From Clostridia bacterium (GTDB lineage: Bacteria > Bacillota > Clostridia > TANB77 > CAG-508): a stretch of 64,000 nt of DNA. The stretch lies in assembly GCA_045537285.1 (NCBI GenBank), contig JAZSPC010000052.1:1873-65872 (forward strand), written 5' to 3'. The notes below the pieces were generated by a model that was not told the DNA's origin, searched no databases, and saw only the letters and a program-made list of their open reading frames with translations. Positions 49,332-57,531 of this stretch are shown piece by piece. Made by a program: the position numbers and the translations under genes. Every line of letters begins with the position of its first letter. The stretch's first letter is position 1.

Positions 49332-49682
49332 TTAATTTTTCAATAATCTTTCTTTATAAAATCTTATCTTATTTTCTTTTTCTTTTATCTGACTTTCATA
49401 TAATTTTATAATTTCGTCTAATTGATCATCTGTCAGATCGGATATTTCCATCTGCTTTTCATTTATCTTTCTTTGTAACGCTAATATTACATCTTTACTT
49501 TCAACTTTTATTTCTTCTCTAAAATCATTCTTTTCAATCTCTGCCAAATTATTTTTTTCTTGGTCTATTACTTCATGTATAGATTCTTCTATAATTTCAC
49601 TAATACCTAATATGTTTTTTAACCATTTTTTAATTCTAGTAAATATTTTTTCTTTTCTTATCTGCGGTAAATTACTATTCAT
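49332..49682 (-). CDS. Small coiled-coil protein
   Basis: 116 aa. Basic N-terminus (IFTRIKKWLKNILG) followed by a Glu/Lys helix. Confidence 0.5.
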   Translation of the reverse strand: MNSNLPQIRKEKIFTRIKKWLKNILGISEIIEESIHEVIDQEKNNLAEIEKNDFREEIKVESKDVILALQRKINEKQMEISDLTDDQLDEIIKLYESQIKEKENKIRFYKERLLKN

Positions 49683-49767
49683 TTGTTTTCCTTCTCTCTT
49701 TTGCTTAATAATTATTTTTAAGTATTATTATATATAGATATTTTATAATTATTTATTATTTGTGTCA

Positions 49768-49804
49768 AGAAAAAAGACTTAAAAGGTATGAACCTTTTAA
49801 GTCT
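49768..49804 (-). terminator. Terminator overlapping the rnr stop codon
   Basis: Minus strand AGACTTAAAAGG-TTCATA-CCTTTTAAGTCT followed by TTTTTC. Confidence 0.75.
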
Positions 49805-51560
49805 CTTCTGTAATCTGATTGTCATATTTCGCAAAAGCTACTCTTTTTAAAAGTTTATTTGCTTCTATAACTTGAATTGTAATTTTATCTCCCATTTTAT
49901 ATACTGTATTTGTATGTTCTCCTATTAATTGTTTGCGTTCATCATTATATATAAAATATTCATTTCCTAAGTTTTCAAATCGAATTAGGCCTTCTACTGT
50001 ATTTTCTAGCTCTACAAATATCCCGAATTGTGTTACACCACTTATTATTCCTTCATAAATTTCACCAATTTTATTTTCCATGTATTCAGCTTTTTTTAAA
50101 TCAATTGATTCTCTTTCTGCTTTTTGTGCTATTTTTTCTTTCTCAGAAGATTTTTCTGCATATTTTACTGCAATTTCATTTTGTTCTTCTTTGAATTGTT
50201 CATCTACTAAATAGTTATTCTCTAAATATTTAGATATTATTCTATGAATATATAAATCCGGATATCTTCTTATTGGTGATGTAAAGTGACAGTAGTATTT
50301 ACCAGCTATTCCAAAATGTCCTTTGTTTTCCGCTTCATATCTTGCAACTTTTAGAGTTCTTAATATTAAATTTGAAATTACCTTTTCTTCATCTTTTCCT
50401 TTTATATCTTCTAGAATACTTGCAAATACTTTTGGGTGTATATTTTCTTTACTTCCTTTTATTTTATAACCAAAATTATATAAAAAGCTATTTAATTCTT
50501 TTACTTTTTCTTCGTCTGGTGCTTCGTGAACTCTGTATATAAATGGTGCTTCTAACCAGAAGAACTTTTCTGCAACAGCTTCATTTGCTGTAAGCATAAA
50601 TTGCTCAATGATTGTGTTTGAAAATTTAATTTCATATCTTCCTACATTTATTGCATAACCATTTTTGCTTAATGTTACTTTACTCTCTGGTATATCTAAA
50701 TCTAGGTATCCGTGTTCTTTTCTTTTATTTTCTAGAATATGGGCAAGCTCTGCCATTAATCTAAAATGTTCTATATATTGTATATAAGGGTTTAAATCTT
50801 CTTGTATTTCTTCTTTTTTATCTAAATCAAGTAATGCTTGTACAATATTATATGACATTCTTTTAGTAACATTAATTACACCTTTTGTCACATCTGCTGA
50901 TATTGTATTTCCGTTTTTATCTATTTCCGTTATAACTGAAAGTGTAAGTCTATCTACACCTTCATTTAAACTACAAATACCATTTGATAATTTTTTAGGA
51001 AGCATTGGTATAACTCTATCTAGCATATACACACTAGTCCCCCTAACTACTGCTTCTTTATCTATTAGACTGCTTGCTTTTACATAGTGGCTTACATCAG
51101 CAATATGCACTTTTAATATATATGTTCCGCTTTCAGTTCTTTCTACTGAAACAGCATCATCTAAGTCTTTTGCATCTTCACCATCTATTGTAAATATAGT
51201 TTCTCCTCTAAAATCACGTCTACCTTTAATTTCATTTTCTGAAACTTCTTGTGCTATTTTCTTAGCTTCATCTAATACTGGTTTTGGAAATTCATTAGGC
51301 AGGTTATATTGCTTTATAATTGAAAGCATATCAACTCCTGCAACATCTATATTTCCTATTACCTCTACTATTTTACCTTCTGGTTTTTTACCATTTTCCT
51401 CTGGTTTTGTTATTTCTACAACTACTTTATCATCATTTTTTGCTCCACTAAAATACTTCTTTGATATAAAAATATCTTTACTATCTTTTTTGTTATCTGG
51501 AATAACAAAACCAAAGCTTTTATTGTTTTTAAAAGTTCCTACTAATCTTATTTTTTCCAT
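49797..51560 (-). CDS. rnr: Ribonuclease R (short form)
   Basis: Start at ATG 51560 (MEKIRLVG…). Cold-shock/OB N-terminus, RNB motifs FTIDGEDAKDLDDAV and HFTSPIRRYPD, and a C-terminal S1 domain. Confidence 0.9.
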   Translation of the reverse strand: MEKIRLVGTFKNNKSFGFVIPDNKKDSKDIFISKKYFSGAKNDDKVVVEITKPEENGKKPEGKIVEVIGNIDVAGVDMLSIIKQYNLPNEFPKPVLDEAKKIAQEVSENEIKGRRDFRGETIFTIDGEDAKDLDDAVSVERTESGTYILKVHIADVSHYVKASSLIDKEAVVRGTSVYMLDRVIPMLPKKLSNGICSLNEGVDRLTLSVITEIDKNGNTISADVTKGVINVTKRMSYNIVQALLDLDKKEEIQEDLNPYIQYIEHFRLMAELAHILENKRKEHGYLDLDIPESKVTLSKNGYAINVGRYEIKFSNTIIEQFMLTANEAVAEKFFWLEAPFIYRVHEAPDEEKVKELNSFLYNFGYKIKGSKENIHPKVFASILEDIKGKDEEKVISNLILRTLKVARYEAENKGHFGIAGKYYCHFTSPIRRYPDLYIHRIISKYLENNYLVDEQFKEEQNEIAVKYAEKSSEKEKIAQKAERESIDLKKAEYMENKIGEIYEGIISGVTQFGIFVELENTVEGLIRFENLGNEYFIYNDERKQLIGEHTNTVYKMGDKITIQVIEANKLLKRVAFAKYDNQITEET

Positions 51561-51621
51561 TTTTTCTTCCTTACAAATTATTAAAAAAGAGGCTATCAAA
51601 ATTATAGCCTCATATTATTAT

Positions 51622-51879
51622 TTACATTTGTGCTAAAGGATATACAATGTTTAAAGCAACTGTTACAATAGCTAACGCTATTCCAAATATAACTGTTAAT
51701 CTTCTTAACATACCACTTCTTGTTCTTCCTTTATTTTTATCTAAGAAATTGTTTGCTGCTGCTCCTGTTATTGTTCCTGACAATCCTTGATCTTCTTTGT
51801 TTTGTGACATTGTAAGTATTATTACTCCTAAGGCTAATATGATATCTACTATAATTAAAAATATTTTTAAAATTTGCAT
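51622..51879 (-). CDS. secG: Preprotein translocase subunit SecG
   Basis: 85 aa with two TM segments joined by a Gly-rich loop (GLSGTITGAAANNF). Confidence 0.8.
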   Translation of the reverse strand: MQILKIFLIIVDIILALGVIILTMSQNKEDQGLSGTITGAAANNFLDKNKGRTRSGMLRRLTVIFGIALAIVTVALNIVYPLAQM

Positions 51880-51968
51880 TTTGTTTCCTCCCTAAGCTAC
51901 TGCTATTATTAATTAACATATGTTATTTTAACACATTATTCCAATAATTGCAACATTTATTGAAAATT

Positions 51969-52051
51969 TGGTACCGATGGTGGGACTCGAACCCACATGG
52001 TTTCCCGCTGGATTTTGAGTCCAGTGCGTCTACCGATTCCGCCACATCGGC
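51969..52051 (-). tRNA. trnL: tRNA-Leu (anticodon CAA)
   Basis: 83 nt. GCCGATG…CATCGGTACCA, anticodon loop CTCAAAA, long variable arm, T-arm GGGTTCGAGTCCC. Confidence 0.92.
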
Positions 52052-52061
52052 TTATATATAC

Positions 52062-52097
52062 AAAAAGTATGCTAATAAATATTAGCATACTTTTTTA
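52062..52097 (-). terminator. Terminator after tsaE
   Basis: agtatgctaat-aaat-attagcatact stem followed by T-runs. Confidence 0.75.
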
Positions 52098-52109
52098 TAA
52101 AAATCAAGA

Positions 52110-52532
52110 CTATTTTTCTTCTATAATAATTATTCTTTTTTCAAGGTTTTCTTCATCTTTTTGTATATCTATTTTTATATAATGCCCTGGTAAAGCATCT
52201 TCTATTATCTCTCCCCATTCTATTATACAAATACCTCTTGAAAAATATTCTTCTCCACCTATTGCATAAAATTCATCTATGTCAGACAATCTGTATACAT
52301 CAAAGTGATATATATTTGCTTTCTCATTTTTATATTCATTTACTATTGTAAATGTTGGGCTTGATATTTCACTTTCTAATCCAAAATATGATAAAAAACC
52401 TTCTGTAAATTTTGTTTTTCCAGCTCCCAATTCACCATTTAAAATAATTAATGCATTACTCTCTATTTTACTTGCTATTTCTCTTGCTATATTTTTTGTT
52501 TCTTGTTCTGAATATGATTCTAATCTTTTCAT
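52110..52532 (-). CDS. tsaE: tRNA t6A biosynthesis ATPase TsaE (YjeE)
   Basis: 140 aa. P-loop LNGELGAGKTKF, SPTFTIVNEY, HFDVYR. Confidence 0.9.
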   Translation of the reverse strand: MKRLESYSEQETKNIAREIASKIESNALIILNGELGAGKTKFTEGFLSYFGLESEISSPTFTIVNEYKNEKANIYHFDVYRLSDIDEFYAIGGEEYFSRGICIIEWGEIIEDALPGHYIKIDIQKDEENLEKRIIIIEEK

Positions 52533-52586
52533 TTTTTCTCCTAAATATTTTATACTCTAATATTTTAGCAGATTTTATAAAATTAA

Positions 52587-53426
52587 TCAAGTTCGTATAA
52601 TTTCCTTTATCTTTTCCAAATTATCTATTACTGCATTATATCCATATTTATAGCATGAATCTAACTTTTCTGTATCTAATAAACCGGTTTTATCTGTGTA
52701 AACATTTAATACAAAATCTGCTTGTTTTAGATTTTCTTCTGATATTTTTTCTCCCATTATATCTATCGTTTTCATTGTCATATCCATTATATTACTATCT
52801 TCATTTATTTTTTCACTATTAAATTTCACACCAATTACAATATCTGCCCCTTGTTTTTTTACTTCTTCCACAGGAATATTATCCAATGCACCTCCATCTA
52901 TAAATGCATGATTTTTATACTCACATGGACTAAATACAGCAGTAAAACTACTACTTGCTCTTATTGCTTTTCCAACAGATATATCTGTAATATATTTTTC
53001 TTCTTCTTTTGGTGGATTATTAGTAAATACATATTCTTTACAATTCATTAAATCAACCGTTGGTATAACCACAGGCATTTTTATATCACTTATATTATAT
53101 ATTCCCTGCCTATTAATAACCTCATCAAATATTTTTTCAACACTATTTCCTGTTTTTAACCCTTTTAATGTTATTCTCTTATTTAACATATAACTCTTTA
53201 TTATGGGCTTTGTATTAATTCTTGCAATATCTGCTGAATACTTTTTAAATAGTGTATATATATTGTATGGTGAATATCCAGAAGCATATAGCATTGCTAT
53301 CATGCTTCCTGAACTTGTTCCACCTATTATATCTATTTTAATTCCATTATCTTCTAATGCTTTAAGCACACCCGCATGTGCAATTCCACGTATTCCTCCA
53401 CCCGATAAAGCAATTCCTAATTTCAT
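52587..53426 (-). CDS. Patatin-like phospholipase
   Basis: 279 aa. Oxyanion GGGIRGIAHAGV, nucleophile GTSSGS, catalytic Asp in IDGGALDN. Confidence 0.88.
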   Translation of the reverse strand: MKLGIALSGGGIRGIAHAGVLKALEDNGIKIDIIGGTSSGSMIAMLYASGYSPYNIYTLFKKYSADIARINTKPIIKSYMLNKRITLKGLKTGNSVEKIFDEVINRQGIYNISDIKMPVVIPTVDLMNCKEYVFTNNPPKEEEKYITDISVGKAIRASSSFTAVFSPCEYKNHAFIDGGALDNIPVEEVKKQGADIVIGVKFNSEKINEDSNIMDMTMKTIDIMGEKISEENLKQADFVLNVYTDKTGLLDTEKLDSCYKYGYNAVIDNLEKIKEIIRT

Positions 53427-53483
53427 AAAAAACCCCTTCTAAAATAATATTTATATATATTATTCACAAAAAGGATTTTGTTT

Positions 53484-53513
53484 AAACAAAAAAGACGACT
53501 TTATCGTCGTCTT
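53484..53513 (-). terminator. Terminator after rpsR
   Basis: Minus strand AAGACGAC-GATAAA-GTCGTCTT followed by TTTTG. Confidence 0.75.
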
Positions 53514-53518
53514 CTTTA

Positions 53519-53800
53519 TTAGTTTTGTGCGTATGGTAATATAGCTATATGTCTTGCTCTTTTTACTGCTAATGTTATATCTCTTTGATGTTTTGCGCAA
53601 GCACCTGTTGCTCTTCTTGGTAATATTTTACCTTTTTCGTTAACATACTTTTTCATTTGGTCTGCGTTTTTGTAATCTAATACTAAATCTTTATTAGCAC
53701 ATAAAGCACAAACTTTTTTTCTCATTTTTCTGAATTTTGGATTGAAATCCTCATCATTATTTCTGTTATTTCTTCTATTATTTTGCTTTTTATCAGCCAT
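53519..53800 (-). CDS. rpsR: 30S ribosomal protein S18 (with an Asn/Arg-rich N-terminal extension)
   Basis: 93 aa. Core [33 protein letters not shown]. Confidence 0.95.
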   Translation of the reverse strand: MADKKQNNRRNNRNNDEDFNPKFRKMRKKVCALCANKDLVLDYKNADQMKKYVNEKGKILPRRATGACAKHQRDITLAVKRARHIAILPYAQN

Positions 53801-53815
53801 TTTTATTCCTCCCTA

Positions 53816-54238
53816 TTAGAATGGTAGGTCATCAGAAGATGTTACTTCAAATTCCGGGCTTGAACTAGCAATACTGCTTCCAAAAGTATTTTCAAAGCTT
53901 GCTGATGCATCTCCATCTCTTTTGCTATCTGCAAAATATGCTTCTTCTGCAACTACTTCTGTAACATATCTTTTTTGTCCTTGTTCATCTTCCCAATTTC
54001 TTACTTGTAATCTTCCTATTACACCTACTTGTTGTCCCTTTTTAAAATATTTACTGCAAAACTCCCCCAGTTTGCTCCAAGCAACTACATTTATAAAGTC
54101 TGCTTGTCTTTCTTCCCCAGGTCTTGTAAATCTTCTATTTACAGCTATACTAAAACTTGCTACTAATGTATTGTTTGTTTGAGTATATCTAACCTCTGGA
54201 TCTCTTGTTAATCTTCCCATTAAAATTACTTTGTTCAT
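53816..54238 (-). CDS. ssb: Single-stranded DNA-binding protein
   Basis: 140 aa. MNKVILMGRLTRDPEVRYT, OB fold, acidic tip DDLPF. Confidence 0.95.
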   Translation of the reverse strand: MNKVILMGRLTRDPEVRYTQTNNTLVASFSIAVNRRFTRPGEERQADFINVVAWSKLGEFCSKYFKKGQQVGVIGRLQVRNWEDEQGQKRYVTEVVAEEAYFADSKRDGDASASFENTFGSSIASSSPEFEVTSSDDLPF

Positions 54239-54262
54239 ATTTTACTCCTTAAACTAATATAA

Positions 54263-54547
54263 TTAGTCTTCTTTTTTAACTGTTATAAATTTCATAACAC
54301 TGTCGTCTATTCTGTAATTTCTTTCAAGTTCTGCAATTAATTCTGGTTTAGCTTCGAAATTGAATACTGCATAAAAACCTTCTTTGTTTTTAGCTATTTC
54401 ATAAGCTAATCTTCTTTTTCCTAATTCGTCAACAGATTCTACTTTTCCGTCATTATTAATTATATCTGTAAATTTTTTAATTAAAGTTTTGATTCCTTCA
54501 TCATCTACAGATGGATTAATAATGATAACACTTTCGTATTTGTTCAT
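54263..54547 (-). CDS. rpsF: 30S ribosomal protein S6
   Basis: Start at ATG 54547 (MNKYESVIIINPS…) behind GGAGGTG. The track's longer ORF is a 5' over-extension. Confidence 0.94.
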   Translation of the reverse strand: MNKYESVIIINPSVDDEGIKTLIKKFTDIINNDGKVESVDELGKRRLAYEIAKNKEGFYAVFNFEAKPELIAELERNYRIDDSVMKFITVKKED

Positions 54548-54572
54548 TATTTTCACCTCCTCTTGGATATAT

Positions 54573-54602
54573 AACCCACTTAGGTTTAAGTGAGTAAGGG
54601 TT
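54573..54602 (-). promoter_or_regulatory. Possible rpsF 5' leader stem-loop
   Basis: Minus strand AACCC-TTACT-CACTTA-AACC-TAAGTG-GGGTT, a bulged hairpin directly upstream of the SD. Any role as an S6:S18 autoregulatory site is only an inference. Confidence 0.3.
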
Positions 54603-54636
54603 AAAAAATAGTCAATGTATTTTTTAACATTGACTA
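54603..54636 (-). terminator. Terminator of the upstream pilin-like gene
   Basis: Minus strand TAGTCAATGT-TAAAAAAT-ACATTGACTA followed by TTTTTT. It overlaps the -10 of the rpsF promoter. Confidence 0.7.
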
Positions 54637-54664
54637 TTATACTATATATTCTTAAAATTTGCAA
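54636..54664 (-). promoter_or_regulatory. Consensus promoter for rpsF-ssb-rpsR
   Basis: Minus strand reads TTGCAA - 17 nt - TATAAT. Confidence 0.6.
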
Positions 54665-54690
54665 GCGTTTTTATAATTCTAAAAATTTAT

Positions 54691-56829
54691 TTATTCTTCT
54701 ACATATTGTATCCCTGTTGGATTAATTACTACTGGACGTACACCCAAAGTTATTGAGTTCCACCCGGAAGCATGATAAGTACCACCTGAATATCTTATAT
54801 TATGACTATATAAATATCCACTCCATCCATAATTTGTTCCTATTCTTAGATAAGTATCACAATCTAAATTTGAATATGTCCCATTTTCTTCGAAAGTTTC
54901 ATATCCTGTTTCCAAAATATTCCTAGCAGATACCCAATAATTTACTCCTACATTTAATATACCAAGTTCCGTCAATTTATTAACATCTACCTTATATATT
55001 GATTCATCACTTGAAGCTTTTAAAGTTATATTTGTAAATCTTTTAAAAACTCCATTATATCCTACCGAGCTATGTTCTCCTGCTGTATCAGTGCTCTCCC
55101 CTATACTTCTAACACCTTCATTATCTGATGCTGTTATTATATTTTTGCAAAAATTATTAATTGTTGTTATAGCATTATTATAGGAAGTTACTGCTACTTC
55201 ATTATACTCTCCTGTAATTCCATCTCCATCCAAGTCTTCTGGCTCTGTTATTGTTGGATCTGTATGTCCTAATGTTAATCCATTACCATTTTTATCGTAC
55301 ATTACATTTGAACTTACTATTTCTAATTTTCCTTCCTCTGATGTTAATACTACCCAATCTTCTAAGGTTCCATCTTTATTACTATCATATTTCACGATTT
55401 CCCCTTCTTTTGCTATTTTATTGTATGTGTCACCGCATTTACTACATGTATATATTCTCTTTTCAGCTTTTATTGTAATATTATAACTATGTCCTAACAT
55501 ACTTCCATATTCAAATGTACTTGTCCCTTTCGCTCCACAATTTACGCAACTGTAATAATATACTGACGCCGATGTACATGTAGCTGCTGTTTTTAAGTAT
55601 TGTGATGATGTATCTTGTTTTGTATAAGTATGTTCTAAGGTAGAAACAGTCTCTGTTTTAGTTGCTCCACAATTTGTACACGTGTATGTTTTCACACCTG
55701 TTGTTGTACATGTAGCTGCTGTTGTTACTGTTCCTTCATCAAAATCATGTCCTAATACACTTCCATATTCAAATGTACTTGTTCCTTTTGCTCCGCAATC
55801 TACGCAACTGTAATAATATACTGCCGTTGATGTACATGTGGCACCTGTTTTTAAATATTGTGATGATGTATCTTGTTTTGTATATCTATGTTCTAATGCA
55901 GAAACAGTTTCTGTTTTAGTTGCAGTACATCCATTATAAGTACATGCATATTCTATCTTTCCTTCTTCTGTACATGTTGCTGCTTTTGTTGTTTCACCAC
56001 TATCCCATATATGTGTAATATGAGTTTCTAATGTTATTGTTGTAATCTCTGAATAATTTGGAGTACTTGCATTATCGTAAGTTCTTGCTTCTATATTATA
56101 CAGACCATTTTCTGATATAGTAAACAATACCCTGCTATCTTCATTATGATTAATTTCTTCTTCACTTGATTCGTTTTCAACTGTATAGCTAGTCCCTCCT
56201 ACACCAGACCAGCTATCTTCTCCCGGTACAATTTCTACTTCTACCGCAGTTATATATACTCCTTCATCATTCCTTTCTCCTGAAATTATATTTATTTGTG
56301 GTCTGGAAGGTGGAATATTATCTGTTAATGTTCCACCTGGTTTTATATAATAATAGCTTTTTTCTTTTAAACTTATTCCTTCTACATAATAAATGGTATG
56401 AGTATTTTCATTAATAACATAAACATCTTCTAGGTTATATGGTATATCTTCCGAACCATTTTCCACATAATCTTTCCATGCTTCAAATCCGTCTTCTCCA
56501 TAGTTTAATGATATTCCATCCAAAGCTTCTAAGTCCAAAATATAGTAAACAGAATTATCTATTGGATTTCTTGTAAATGTTATTTTTGTCTCATCAAGTT
56601 GAAGTGGTTCATTAGAAGACCTGTCTCTTAATACTGGTAATCCCCCATATCTTAAATAGTAATTTGACACTTTATCTTCTAGCAATCCTATATCATTTAC
56701 CATTTTATTAAATTCATTAATTTGAAATCTATCTAATGATATATATACTACGGTTGAAGATATTATTAACATTAATCCTATTGTTATAATTAGTGATATT
56801 AGTGTTATTCCATTTTTTTTCTTTATCAT
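54691..56829 (-). CDS. Large surface protein with a prepilin-like N-terminus, Cys-rich tandem modules and the conserved C-terminal module shared with 18001..20413
   Basis: 712 aa. The N-terminus MIKKKNG|ITLISLIITIGLMLI is pilin-like with Ser at +5. Repeated ATCT…Y.C..CG…TETVS.LEH modules. C-terminal GEIVKYDSNKDGTLEDWVVL…SYNNAITTINNFCK…NEGVRS…YWVSARN…LGVRPVVINPTGI. Confidence 0.75.
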   Translation of the reverse strand: MIKKKNGITLISLIITIGLMLIISSTVVYISLDRFQINEFNKMVNDIGLLEDKVSNYYLRYGGLPVLRDRSSNEPLQLDETKITFTRNPIDNSVYYILDLEALDGISLNYGEDGFEAWKDYVENGSEDIPYNLEDVYVINENTHTIYYVEGISLKEKSYYYIKPGGTLTDNIPPSRPQINIISGERNDEGVYITAVEVEIVPGEDSWSGVGGTSYTVENESSEEEINHNEDSRVLFTISENGLYNIEARTYDNASTPNYSEITTITLETHITHIWDSGETTKAATCTEEGKIEYACTYNGCTATKTETVSALEHRYTKQDTSSQYLKTGATCTSTAVYYYSCVDCGAKGTSTFEYGSVLGHDFDEGTVTTAATCTTTGVKTYTCTNCGATKTETVSTLEHTYTKQDTSSQYLKTAATCTSASVYYYSCVNCGAKGTSTFEYGSMLGHSYNITIKAEKRIYTCSKCGDTYNKIAKEGEIVKYDSNKDGTLEDWVVLTSEEGKLEIVSSNVMYDKNGNGLTLGHTDPTITEPEDLDGDGITGEYNEVAVTSYNNAITTINNFCKNIITASDNEGVRSIGESTDTAGEHSSVGYNGVFKRFTNITLKASSDESIYKVDVNKLTELGILNVGVNYWVSARNILETGYETFEENGTYSNLDCDTYLRIGTNYGWSGYLYSHNIRYSGGTYHASGWNSITLGVRPVVINPTGIQYVEE
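55420..55983 (-). repeat. Tandem Cys-rich modules (86-aa / 258-bp period)
   Basis: TKTETVSALEHRYTKQDTSSQYLKTGATCTSTAVYYYSCVDCGAKGTSTFEYGSVLGH is repeated as TKTETVSTLEHTYTKQDTSSQYLKTAATCTSASVYYYSCVNCGAKGTSTFEYGSMLGH, with partial copies on either side. Confidence 0.85.
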
Positions 56830-56870
56830 TTGCTTATCTCCTTACAATTTACTATAATTTAATTTTATAA

Positions 56871-57512
56871 TTAATTATAAGTTTTGTCAATTATTTTACA
56901 TATTTTTCTATATGTGTAGTATTTTCTGTTTTCTTTAATTGTAATACTCCATAAAGCTATAACCAAGACTAATATTGCTATATTTTTATATATAATTATT
57001 AATATGCTTGCTAACATTGTTAATAGTATAACTAATGGATTTGTTATTAAGTTTATGTATTCATTTGATTTTCTATTTCCGAAAAAAACTTTTAACAAAT
57101 TTTTTAATATTCTTCCACCATCTAACGGATATATTGGTATTAAATTAAATATAAATATTAAAAAATTAGAATAAATTATATTGCTATCCATATTAAATAT
57201 TACTCCAAATATAGCAATTAATAAATTAACTAATGGTCCAACTAATGCTATAATTATTTTTTTAACAGCTATTATATTAGATTTTAAAATCTTTTTATTG
57301 TAATCTTCTACTTTGGTATGAAAATCTATCGAAAATCCTAATGGCATTATTCTTAAAGTATCTGGTTTAAAACCCAAAAGCACTCCACATACTAAATGTG
57401 CAAGCTCATGTAAAAGAGCAAATAACATAGCAAGTGCATAAATTTCTATTTGATTGGTTAGTATAAACAATATTAAAATCAAAAAAATATTTAAATTTAA
57501 TCTTATCTTCAC
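56871..57512 (-). CDS. spoIVFB: M50 site-2 protease, SpoIVFB-like
   Basis: 213 aa, polytopic. HELAHLVCG (HExxH) in a TM helix and a second motif PIYPLDGGRIL. Confidence 0.7.
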   Translation of the reverse strand: MKIRLNLNIFLILILFILTNQIEIYALAMLFALLHELAHLVCGVLLGFKPDTLRIMPLGFSIDFHTKVEDYNKKILKSNIIAVKKIIIALVGPLVNLLIAIFGVIFNMDSNIIYSNFLIFIFNLIPIYPLDGGRILKNLLKVFFGNRKSNEYINLITNPLVILLTMLASILIIIYKNIAILVLVIALWSITIKENRKYYTYRKICKIIDKTYN

Positions 57513-57531
57513 TTTATCACCGCTCCTTCTT

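Noticed and set aside
51737-51919. 60-aa ORF overlapping secG in another frame.
   Set aside because: It is an Asn/Arg/Ser-rich alternative frame of the well-supported secG gene.
54548-54664. 5' extension of the rpsF ORF (133-aa version).
   Set aside because: The extension covers the promoter, the terminator hairpin and the RBS. S6 homology begins at MNKYESV (ATG 54547).
54691-54900. Considered whether the Asn/Tyr/Ser/Gly-rich C-terminal lectin-like segment (…GTNYGWSGYLYSHNIRYSGGTYHASGWNS…LGVRPVV) is a diversity-generating-retroelement variable region.
   Set aside because: There is no reverse transcriptase in the window. I could find no template-repeat copy of this DNA, and the paralog's 3' end (18001..18200) is not similar at the nucleotide level. 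The idea cannot be excluded genome-wide.
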